From assembly GCF_025526975.1 (NCBI RefSeq), contig NW_026515682.1, forward strand, positions 124,001 to 188,000: a stretch of DNA of 64,000 nucleotides, given 5' to 3'. Origin of the DNA: Fimicolochytrium jonesii (Eukaryota). Both the position numbers and the translations under genes were made by a program. Under the pieces are notes generated by a model. The model did no database searches, was not told the origin of the DNA, and saw nothing but the letters and a program-made list of their open reading frames with translations. Numbering within the stretch: the first letter of the stretch is position 1; each line of letters starts with the position of its first letter. Positions 1 to 9,446 of this stretch are shown in pieces.

Positions 1-2027
1 AAGTCTCCTTCGAGATCTGCCAAAGCGCTGGAGATATCGTTCAGCTTCCTTTGGAAGTCATTCGCAGCATCGGCGAACTTTTTCTTCAACGACTCCTTCA
101 TGCTGTGATGAGAATAGATACAGGAATTAGTATGGAGCGGATTTTCGAACAAAACTTCCTCCGAAACTCACTCTCGGATGTAATGACTTATGGAGATTTT
201 CCTCTGGCCCTCGACTGCAACCAACGCCTCCCATGCGGAAGCCAAGTCCTGGAGAAGAAGGTTCTAAATTAGTTCCATTGCCCTGAGGAACTCAATGAGA
301 TACCTATATTCCACCTACCTGCAGTGTGAGGCCTTGCGGAGGGTGGTATGGTCGGAGATTGTACGTCTTCAGCTTTGTTTGAATGTTTCCCAGAAGCTAT
401 ACAATGCTAAGCGTTTTAGAAATCGAGCAAAAAACCGATACATATCCTGTTGATGTGTCAATGAGAATTGCAGACGGCCTTCACTCACACTGTCCAATTC
501 ACGCCTTTCCGTCACCCAACCACGTTTGCTGGTGTTCTTGTACTGCTCAAAATCTTGCAGCTGCTTCCTTGCATCGCCATACCCGGCGAAACTGGAGCGG
601 CTCCATGTGTCCTGTATGCTTCTCATGCCTTCCATGAGAGCGTGAACCCTCTGCTCATAGTCATTCTGCATCTCCCAAGCTTGCTGCAACTGTTGTCCCA
701 GGCGCCCCACACGACGCCCCGCTACGCCCAATTTATCTTGGGCCGAGAATGCGTGGAAGTATTGAGCAACGTAGGTCATCACTGATCGCTCATCTGGCTG
801 AATTTGGAAGGGAAGTCTCAGTATCCAATATGGAGGCGCGCGGGCTGTTGAGCAGACCCCAACCTTCGCAACATCAATGATATCCTCCACCCCGAATAGC
901 TTGGCTATTCCGAGTTGGCTCTCGGCAACGTCGAACGCTAACTGCGTATTCTCATGCTTTTTGCTCTGCGAATGGATGCATAATTAGCACATCCAAGCTG
1001 CGACTTCACATGGCGACTCGGTGTCCCACCTTATCCAGAGAGTGATAATCCAGCAGGTCAGGACGGTGGCGGTGGATCAAGGCACACCTAAAAATGATCG
1101 CAATCAGAATCCAATACGTCCTTCCTCCGATCAACAACGCCGGTTTTGCTTACAAAGCAAGCCCATCCTGCCAGCTACGTGAAATCTATCAGTGATTGAT
1201 CCTGAATTGAACTCAAACAGTAACAAGGCACATACCTGAACGTGAAGTCCTTGATGTGGAAATCTGCGGAATACGGTGCTGTACGGCGCTGACACCACAG
1301 CAAAAGCCCCTCCTTCGCTGAAAGACCCTCTTCGCTGATTTCGGCAATGGTGAACCGCAAAATGATCATCCATATCAGCCCTAAGTTCAGTTTGACGTTG
1401 GAATCCACAATATCCTCGGCGCCGATGTTGGTGAGGTTCACTCCGCGTCTGCGAATGAACTCCAAAGCTTTGTTCATGTTTTCCACCTTCTGAATGCGAA
1501 GCTTCGGGTTTTTATTGTAGCGACCCAGGGACTCGTCGCCGATGATTTCTGTGACATGGTTCGAGGCTTTTCAGCAGCTGCAACAGACTACGGCTCCTTG
1601 CTGTACATACCAAGCAGTTGAATCAGCTTTTCGCCAGAGCTAAGATCCGTGTCTATCGTCCCAATTGGGGGAATCTCCTTCTGCTTGAGCTGATTGTTGA
1701 TCCAGTTCGTGAAGGCTGTTCGAAAAATGGAAGGCGAGGCGGGGAGCACACATAGTTAGTTGTTTGTTGGTGTTACGCGCATGACAAAGGAGGAAGCAAC
1801 TCACTCTTCTTTTGTATTGTTTCCCAGCTTTTGTCGAAGATCCTATGAACCGAATATGTTTATGTTTCAATATTCGTGGGAAATGCAGACCATCCGGTGG
1901 ACGAAGGCTAGATGATGTGCCCATACCTGGCATTGTCCACGACAGCTTGCTGTGACGCTCTGCTGGGCGAAAATTCTGTGGGAGACAGACCGCTCATGGA
2001 GCCAGTGGAGGAGCTAAAGAACGACAT
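1..2027 (-). CDS. Alpha-actinin-like actin cross-linker (5' part, multi-exon; runs off the left edge of the window)
   Basis: Spliced reading from ATG 2027 gives ...IFDKSWETIQKKTFTNWIN...ENMNKALEFIRRRGVNLTNIGAEDIVDSNVKLNLGLIWMIILRF...AKEGLLLWCQRRTAPY (tandem CH domains), then PDERSVMTYVAQYFHAF and a spectrin-repeat-like helical region. Confidence 0.93.
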
Positions 2028-2370
2028 TACGGTTGTTCTACGTCTATCAAAGTCACGAGTATTTTTGGAATGATGCTGGCAGATGTCGAAGATGTGGAAG
2101 GAAGGAGAGGAATCGAAACTCAGCAGGAGGCCGGAGCAGCTTGGCCAAGCCCGCCCACGTCACTTCAGGCGCGCACCCCTCGCCCCCTCGGCTTCTCCTG
2201 TCTGGCACACGCACCTCTCGCACCTCCGACTTTCAAAACCCCGCGCACCCCGTTGTCACCACAAAGAGTACTGCTACTGCTGTACTGTACCTACTATGTA
2301 CTGCACAGCAACGCAGGGCAACCAATTGGCCGCCAATGGAAGCGCCTGTTTGCCTGCCGTTGCATGTTGC

Positions 2371-4447
2371 ATGGAAGACCCTACCTCCGTCGAAGAGGAG
2401 CTGGCGGCCCAGCGAGAAGCCGCTCTGACTTTCCTTTCTCGAATCACCCTCACCAACGTGAAAGAACAGCAGCCGAACCCCTCATTTGTCCCGTCCGTGA
2501 TTTCTAACGATGATCTCGTCACAGAACCTTCGCGTGTTCTGTTGGAAGTTAGCTCTAATGCCGATCTGTTAACGCCGTCGTCGTCGAAACGGCCTGCGGA
2601 AGAACCGCGTAGGACGTATGGTGAGAAGGAAACAGCGGCTATTGCGTTTCTCTCGAATATTCCTTTGGAGTTGAAGTCGAAGGACACTGCCGAAATACCA
2701 AGTACCGTCCTGAATATTGCGAATAGGGGCGGGCAGTCGTTTGGAACGCTTCTTTCGGATTATGGACAAGGACCTGGTGCGCTTCAAGATGGTAGCAACC
2801 CGCACAGAGCAACAGCCGGATGGAAAGTGAGACACCCTACTCACCAGGAATTTTGAGTTTAGGGCGGCAGGCGTACGGTCGTCCGTCGTATCAAGTGTAC
2901 TCGGGCAATGACCTGAATAAGCAGCGGCGAGCTCATTCCAGACGATCGTCGGTGGGGGAGACACGGGATGCTGGTCATCAAAATCCACTGATCGATAATC
3001 GCCTGATGATGGCCACATCAAATGTGAGCATCAAGTGTCCTTGCCTAGCCCAGTGCCCCACAGGAAACTATCGATCTGACCCTTTCTTTCACAGGGAACT
3101 CCTTTCTCTGTGTTCTCCGTCATATCGTATCGTGAGGAGAAGAACCGGTTGAAGCGGCGCAAAAGCCGGACGTCCAGATACTTCGGAAATGCCTACTTGT
3201 ATGTTGCCACGGGCGGAGCGTGGAGCAACCGGTATCGAGGAGAAGCCTAATGAGTTTCGCACCATTGCAGCGATAAGCTCAAGTTCAATATAGATCTGGA
3301 CATGAAGCGTCGGAAGGTAACCAACGTTTTTCTGGAGTGATGTATTTTAAGATGTATTCTGATCCCTATTGTGTTTCCAGTTTGCACAATCATATGGCAA
3401 TCTGCTAGAGCCCGCTCTGACTCTTGAGTAAGCCATACACGTTCCCTCAGGTAGTCTTTTCGATCCACATACTGATACGTGGATTCAGGCCGAAAATTCC
3501 CGAGAACTCGTCATACAATCCTTTCTTTTTGGATGACCCGGAGCTAAGGACAGGAAGACATCGAACCGTGATCACACTGCCGTGCTTTGTGGTGAGCAAC
3601 AGGTCATGTAACTATCTTCACTTATCCGGGCTTTGTTGTAAATGTCAACCGCTTTCCAGGGGTCCATCATCCATTACAGCAAGCCTTCAGACATCAAGAA
3701 GGAGCTCAACGAGCATTTTCGTGATACTCATCCTAGTGTAGACCCGACATTGACTCTGACCCAGATCCGGAGGGTGAAGGAACGACTTATCAAAATCGGC
3801 GAGCTGCAGGACTTGGAGCTATCGAGCGTGGCCTGCGCATTTGTGTATTTCGAAAAGCTGGTCTTGAAGGTATGCCGACCCCTAAGCGCAATCACTCAAT
3901 GGTCGGCGAACTCATGCCAAGGATACAGAATATGGTCAATAAAGAAACGCGACGACTGGTTGCCGGTAATTTTCTCGTCCTTTTCTGAATTGGCAATTTC
4001 GGCGCCATTGTATCTTAACAAACGTCTGGTTGCATAAACATAGCTGTATGTCTAATCCTCGCTTCGAAAGTTAACGACCCAAAAGAGGTCGACTATACTA
4101 AACTTTTAGAGGTGGGACCGCATCTATCTGCTCGATGGCTTCACGCTTACTGACACGCCTTATCTATCAGAGCGCCGAGAAAGTTCTCGAGGTGCCAAGG
4201 AAGGACATCCTAGCTAACGAGTTTGTGATCTACACGGCACTGGAATTCACACTCTACGTTCCTCTTTGGGAGGTTATGCCGCATTTGGAGAGAATCATCG
4301 ACGCCTCAGGTACGTAATCTCAACGGAAGAACACGACGAAAGTCCAATCTCATGACTTGTTTCTAACGTGCAGCACATAAAACTGTCGATGAGTATACGG
4401 GCGAGAACGCCTTCTTCGTGCACCGCCATGCGCTGACTTCGACTTGA
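2371..4447 (+). CDS. CABLES: CABLES-like protein (CDK5/ABL1 enzyme substrate; C-terminal cyclin-like fold), multi-exon
   Basis: N-terminal AALTFLSRI and AAIAFLSNI motifs; YNPFFLDDPELRTGRHRTVITLP; IKKELNEHFRDTHP; LTLTQIRRVKERL; SSVACAFVYFEKLVLK; EFVIYTALEFTLYVP. These match recalled metazoan CABLES blocks. Confidence 0.85.
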
Positions 4448-4806
4448 TGATCCTTTCGGATGGCGAAACTTCGTTGTATAAAGGTTTTTGGAACTTAAGT
4501 TTTGCCCCGATATTCTGGCCGATTGCATGCTTTGGTTGATTATGTGTCTTGAAGGGGAGAAGTCCGACTCCTACCGTATCGCATTAGGAATTACGCTGTG
4601 TAAGGGCTTTTGGAGAGGATTGGCTGAAATCCGCGGAAGGCGGGGGTGCAGAGTTCCAAGCAAGGTGGCGATTCTGCAAGCTGGGTTTCTGGCGACAGCC
4701 TTTCTTTCGATGCAAGAGTTCCAAATGTGGCGTCTACGTTATTATGAGTCAACTGGTCCGGCTTCCAGGCACCCGGGTACGCGACAGCCCTTGCGTAGGT
4801 GGTGCT

Positions 4807-7800
4807 TCAGGTTTGCCTCTTTCGGCGCGATTTTGGAGGAGGGGCGCTAGCAGCTTCTCCACTTCCATCACCGTCGACGTTTCTCCGCCTCTTTCCACCC
4901 CCAGGAGCTTTGCCGCCCCGCGGACGCTTCGGTTTCTCAACGGTAGACTGGGGCACCCCTTTCCATGAGTCTACGACTGTCCGGATGCGCTCACTAGAAT
5001 GTGCTTTCGGAACCGCAGTAAAGAAATTGTCCAGGCGGGTTTGCTTCTGCAGTTCCGCCTTTTGCCGAGCCATCTCCTTCAATAACGGGATCATCTGCTG
5101 GTCTACTTGGCTCGGCGTCCATCCAAGTCTTTCCTCCATGAATTCCGAGATTCCGTGGTGATCCGGCTCGCCCCACTGAAAGGCCGTGGTATCCTTGTCG
5201 ACTTGAGGATGAAGGTAAGCGTCGCGAACCCTGGAGTCGGGGAACGCCAATGGGACCGGATGTTGCCTCAGGATCTTGCCCAATTTGCGCTTGACCGGGT
5301 CGGCCTGAGCAACATCCTCCAATGCCATCACTCGCGCGCGTTCCCAAAAACCTTTCAATTCCTCCAAGGGCTCCAATCCTTCCCCCGGGAATAGGTTCAA
5401 CGCTTCCATTGCCAAGGTTGGCCCGACACCTTCGATGCCTGGAGTGTAATCACTGCCAAGAAGGTACGCCAACTGAATCAACTTGTCGCGCGTGAGCGCC
5501 ATGCCGGCAGTCACGGACTCCATGGTGTATTCTTCGACATATTTCTGCTGATTGAACATATTTTTGTATATGTTTGTCCCACCGAACAGGAACACGTCGG
5601 AATCGTCGGTGACAATGCCGTCCACCAGCTTCTCCTGCACCAGGAACGCGCATTGCGACTCGGCCTCCATTGGTGCTCTAATGTACGGTAATCCGAATAG
5701 GCGTAAAAGCGTTTGAATCTCCGTTATCATTTGAGTGTTGATGTCGGCAGCGCCTGCCTGTTCTTTACGCTTCCGCCGATTCAGAGCCATCATGTCGTCC
5801 TCCAAGCGTTTCGCCACTGCTTCCGGTTCTTGATTAGAGAGTGAGGAAAGGAAACGAGCGTACTCTTCACCCTCTTCCTCCAATTCCATAGGAACATCTA
5901 TGTTTTCTTCTTCAACGTCAACGAACATCTGTTCCTGGTCATCGTCTGGAAGTAACGTCGACGAAACCGAACCTAGCTCGGGAGGCTCCTCGACGACACC
6001 GCGTGAAGTGGTGCTCGCTCCTCGAGGGAACTCGGACCCTTGGCCTGTATCTTCCATCCATATTTCCACCTGATCTTCTTCCAGAGTGGTCTCCATCTCT
6101 GGATCTGCCCCTTTATCTTCGACCCATACTTCCTCTTGATCCTCTTCCAGGGTCGTCTCCATCGTTTTGTCGGTCTTCCGGTCCTCTCCTGGCGCAGTTT
6201 CTTCACGCAACAACCGCATCGTTGGGTCTGGCGAGGTGCTCGTGACGGAAAGCGATGCAACCGATGTCACTTTCGCGTATGGGGAGACCAGGGAAGCGTT
6301 TTTAACGTCAGCATTTCTCGACTGCATTGCGATTTCGGATGGCCTTGCGTCAACTGTGACAGGTGGAGCAGCAATGTTGTCAGTCTGGTTCTCAGTCACG
6401 ATGTGGGTAACATCTAATGCGGAATCAGTATCGGTTCCTCTAATGGTGTTCCTGTCCGCACGAATGGGAGGATCATCGTCCTCGGAGGAATCCTCCACAA
6501 CGAAAGCGGCATGTTTCTTGGTTTTGCGATGGTCGTTTCGAGCGAATGGAGGAGCTATATGCGGTGCGGCAGCCGATTTCAGCATAGCAGGTGCGTGTAA
6601 CGCCTTATTTTCCTCCCCGAGGTCCGCAACTTCAAGTGTTCTTCCGGTCCGTTCACGTTCGCGATCACCTCCATTCAAACATGACGGCTTGCGGATCTCT
6701 GGCGCAGTGGGGGCTTGCGACGTCGGTAGTCGGGCATCATTTGCATGTTTCGTGACTTCGATAACTCCAGAAGTCATCTCTGGTCGCTGTCTATCTGCCT
6801 GAATTGGTGACAGCTTGCTCGATCCAATGCGCCTATCGAGGCCGGAGCTCGAGCCCGAGGCGTTGGCTTGCAGAGTCCCTCCGGCCCACCCACCAGCAGG
6901 AGCAGAGTTGTTGTAAATCATGTCAAGTAGGGAACTCATAGAGATGTCGTCCGCGGCGTAGTTTCCTCCAGAGATCGGCACCCATGAAAGATTTGTATGT
7001 TCGGCTAAACCGACGGGGGACGAGCTATCTTCCGTCGACTTCCCTTTTCCAGCGTGAGCGTTCGCGAGCGGTTCATTCGAAGATACATTCTCGCGTAGAA
7101 CCGAGTAGGTTTCCAGAAGGGCATGTTGTAGGTCAAGGTCAACGTCCGAAACGACAATCGGATCCTCAGCAATCCTTATCGGGTGCTCATCGTCCTTGCT
7201 TGCCGGCTCAATCGACAAGATTTCCTCAAACTCCTCGTCGCTGCTATCTTCAACAACATTTTTGAATGCTTTTCGGGAATTTACAGGTCTAGAGCGATTT
7301 GCATCGACCTCGATCCCTGCCACGGACTCCGGTATTACAATCTCTTCGAAGCTTTCTTGATCGCTCTCCAAGTCCCGGGCAATAGTGTTTAGATGAGGCA
7401 TAGCCTCGCTGACCCCTTTCGAAATAGCATCGCGCTTGCCCGCCGCGCGACTCTCCGTTTCTTCGTCGGTGCTATCTAATCCCAGTATGTCATCGCTACT
7501 CTCATCACTTCCCACGACGATGACCTCAGGTTGCTTCGTCTTCTCCTCCTTACGCAAACGTTCGTTGACACTGCTGGCACGAATGGTGTACCCACTCTCA
7601 TTATCGTTCTGTAACAGCACATACTCGCGAGCCCGCTCACTGGCGATGCGCTTTGGTTTATTTCTGAACTTTTTGTTGAACTTTTTCAAACCCGGATTGC
7701 TGCTCGTAACGCCGGCATTTTTTGCAAAGTCGAAAAGCGTCTCCGTGTAAACATTTCGTTGCACAAGGTGCTGGATTTGCAAAGAGGAGAATTGTAATGG

Positions 7801-8625
7801 ATTTGCAACCGCTTTTGACAATGTTGTGTAACGACGATGATTGGATTGACGAGATTTATTCTTCAGTTCCGTTATGATGTCGTGCTGGGTTTCCACCGGT
7901 AGCGTCTTGAAGGAAGCATCGTTGAGACTCATTGACGACAGGTTGAGGTTCTTCCCGTGTTTGCCGACAAATTCGCGCATTTCCTCTTCAGAAATTAGAC
8001 GAGGATCCATACTTGCAGCCGTAATGGTTTCGGCTACCGTATCTTCCAACTCGAAGTCATCCGCATCTTTCATCGCCGGACGTTTCTGCTTCTTTGCCGT
8101 TCCCGACACGAGCGAAGAGAGAGGCGCTGTAGGGTTCTCGAGCTGATTCAGATAGACCACATCAGCCGGGAGTTCAGTGAGAACATCCCCTCGTAATGAT
8201 GTGTTCGCTTTCGCTTTTCGAGTGTTTGAAATCGCTGGTGCAGCGGCCACTGTACCAGTGACATTCTTCAGAGCAGCCAGTTGCAGACGCTTCGATAACA
8301 GCTTTTCGGCCACCTTGCTCAGGTTCACTTTTGCAGTTGACTTCCGCTTACGACGCTCAACGAGAGCGATGCGCTTCAATGTTGGTGCGTCTCCATCAAA
8401 TACAAACACCGGCTTGATCCCGTAAAAAAGTAACTTGCAGACCCTTCGAAAGAATCCTATGATATGCGCGCCTCTAACAGGCTCTCCTTCAGAATCCCTC
8501 ATAGCCTTTAAGAACTGATGCATCCAAATGCTGGCGTCTACCGCTAAAGTATTGCCGGACAGTGTTTCGAGGCGACGGGGTTTCCCGCTGCTGCCCAGCA
8601 GCTTCCATAGACTGGAAACACCCAT
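4807..8625 (-). CDS. RAD2: Rad2/XPG structure-specific endonuclease (nucleotide excision repair), 1272 aa, single exon
   Basis: XPG-N block MGVSSLW...LAVDASIWMHQFLKAMRD...GIKPVFVFDGDAP; XPG-I block GLPYIRAPMEAESQCA...GIVTDDSDVFLFGG; H3TH motif LLGSDYTPGIEGVG; PIP box QTRLDNFF; basic C-terminal tail. Confidence 0.97.
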   Translation of the reverse strand: MGVSSLWKLLGSSGKPRRLETLSGNTLAVDASIWMHQFLKAMRDSEGEPVRGAHIIGFFRRVCKLLFYGIKPVFVFDGDAPTLKRIALVERRKRKSTAKVNLSKVAEKLLSKRLQLAALKNVTGTVAAAPAISNTRKAKANTSLRGDVLTELPADVVYLNQLENPTAPLSSLVSGTAKKQKRPAMKDADDFELEDTVAETITAASMDPRLISEEEMREFVGKHGKNLNLSSMSLNDASFKTLPVETQHDIITELKNKSRQSNHRRYTTLSKAVANPLQFSSLQIQHLVQRNVYTETLFDFAKNAGVTSSNPGLKKFNKKFRNKPKRIASERAREYVLLQNDNESGYTIRASSVNERLRKEEKTKQPEVIVVGSDESSDDILGLDSTDEETESRAAGKRDAISKGVSEAMPHLNTIARDLESDQESFEEIVIPESVAGIEVDANRSRPVNSRKAFKNVVEDSSDEEFEEILSIEPASKDDEHPIRIAEDPIVVSDVDLDLQHALLETYSVLRENVSSNEPLANAHAGKGKSTEDSSSPVGLAEHTNLSWVPISGGNYAADDISMSSLLDMIYNNSAPAGGWAGGTLQANASGSSSGLDRRIGSSKLSPIQADRQRPEMTSGVIEVTKHANDARLPTSQAPTAPEIRKPSCLNGGDRERERTGRTLEVADLGEENKALHAPAMLKSAAAPHIAPPFARNDHRKTKKHAAFVVEDSSEDDDPPIRADRNTIRGTDTDSALDVTHIVTENQTDNIAAPPVTVDARPSEIAMQSRNADVKNASLVSPYAKVTSVASLSVTSTSPDPTMRLLREETAPGEDRKTDKTMETTLEEDQEEVWVEDKGADPEMETTLEEDQVEIWMEDTGQGSEFPRGASTTSRGVVEEPPELGSVSSTLLPDDDQEQMFVDVEEENIDVPMELEEEGEEYARFLSSLSNQEPEAVAKRLEDDMMALNRRKRKEQAGAADINTQMITEIQTLLRLFGLPYIRAPMEAESQCAFLVQEKLVDGIVTDDSDVFLFGGTNIYKNMFNQQKYVEEYTMESVTAGMALTRDKLIQLAYLLGSDYTPGIEGVGPTLAMEALNLFPGEGLEPLEELKGFWERARVMALEDVAQADPVKRKLGKILRQHPVPLAFPDSRVRDAYLHPQVDKDTTAFQWGEPDHHGISEFMEERLGWTPSQVDQQMIPLLKEMARQKAELQKQTRLDNFFTAVPKAHSSERIRTVVDSWKGVPQSTVEKPKRPRGGKAPGGGKRRRNVDGDGSGEAASAPPPKSRRKRQT
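6048..6163 (-). repeat. 66-bp tandem duplication inside the RAD2 spacer (METTLEEDQxExWxED x2)
   Basis: The DNA repeats with period 66 (TATCTTC at 6048 and 6114; CTCCATC at 6091 and 6157). Protein reads METTLEEDQEEVWVEDKG and METTLEEDQVEIWMEDTG. Confidence 0.85.
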
Positions 8626-9251
8626 TGGGCTTCAGAAGTCTCGCTTTTTCTCCGGAAACTTTGATCTGCGGGACCCTTGCGCTCCACCGTGACTGTGCAA
8701 ACGGAAGTCAGCCCAAGCGGGTTACGAGTATCCAATCCACATCACCCGTCGCGCATACGATTTGTGCAGAATACGAATTCAGAGGGTTCAACGAATCCAT
8801 AGGGGTCCGACTGTTCGAGGGAGGGTCCTGGAGATCGACTTGTCGGGCGCGTCACGTTTGCGACATGAGACAAAGTCACCTCCCCACTCTTCCACGCGCC
8901 AACGTGCGCTTTTCGTACGCATACACCGCTGCACACACCGCATCCGTACTGTATATCGTCTCGACTCCCACCGTCTCTTGTATGCGTGTGTCTCTCTTTG
9001 AGAGAACGGACTCAAACAGGGCAAGTCAAACTGGGAGAAGGGTTGGGCCCGGTGGGCCAAGGTAGAGTCGGAGAGTTCCCGATATGAAACAGCACATCAA
9101 TCCATGCCTCCAGGCGGACCGGCCCCAAACCTCCCTACGCCCATCAGCCCTCCTATAGATTCCCCTCCGTAAAGCTTTTCCGTTCTTCCCTGCCCGTTGT
9201 CCGTCAACGCGGATTGTGTTGCGCGTCTTATTCATGGCTTTGACGTAGCAG

Positions 9252-9409
9252 ATATAGCCCGCGTCCAAGGGAAATTCGCGAGAAATCGCTCCGAGGGACG
9301 CGTCGAGGCCTAAAAATCGGCCCGAGGCTTGCCGAGGGACTATTTGCAAGGCCAAGACAAGGCCCCGAGGATCGATTTGAGCAATTTCCCGAGAGGACAA
9401 GGGTTATAT
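9252..9409. repeat. ~160-nt imperfect palindrome (hairpin) at one end of the Crypton-like element
   Basis: Nested paired arms ATATAGCCC/GGGTTATAT, GTCC/GGAC, GGGAAATT/AATTTCCC, AAATCG/CGATTT, GGCCT/AGGCC, AAAT/ATTT and CCC-GA-GGC(TT)GCC-GA-GGG, centred at 9329-9330. Confidence 0.85.
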
Positions 9410-9446
9410 TGTATTTATCGCACACACCGTACAACAAATATTCTGC

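Noticed and set aside
2854..2856. TGA ending the first CABLES ORF as a possible selenocysteine, readthrough or frameshift site
   Set aside because: A GT-AG intron at about 2792-2862 with a TACTCAC branch-like site removes it and joins the frames.
8931..9429. 10-bp direct repeat GCACACACCG at 8931 and 9420 as an alternative element boundary
   Set aside because: One low-complexity 10-mer match within about 500 bp is plausible by chance and has no other support.
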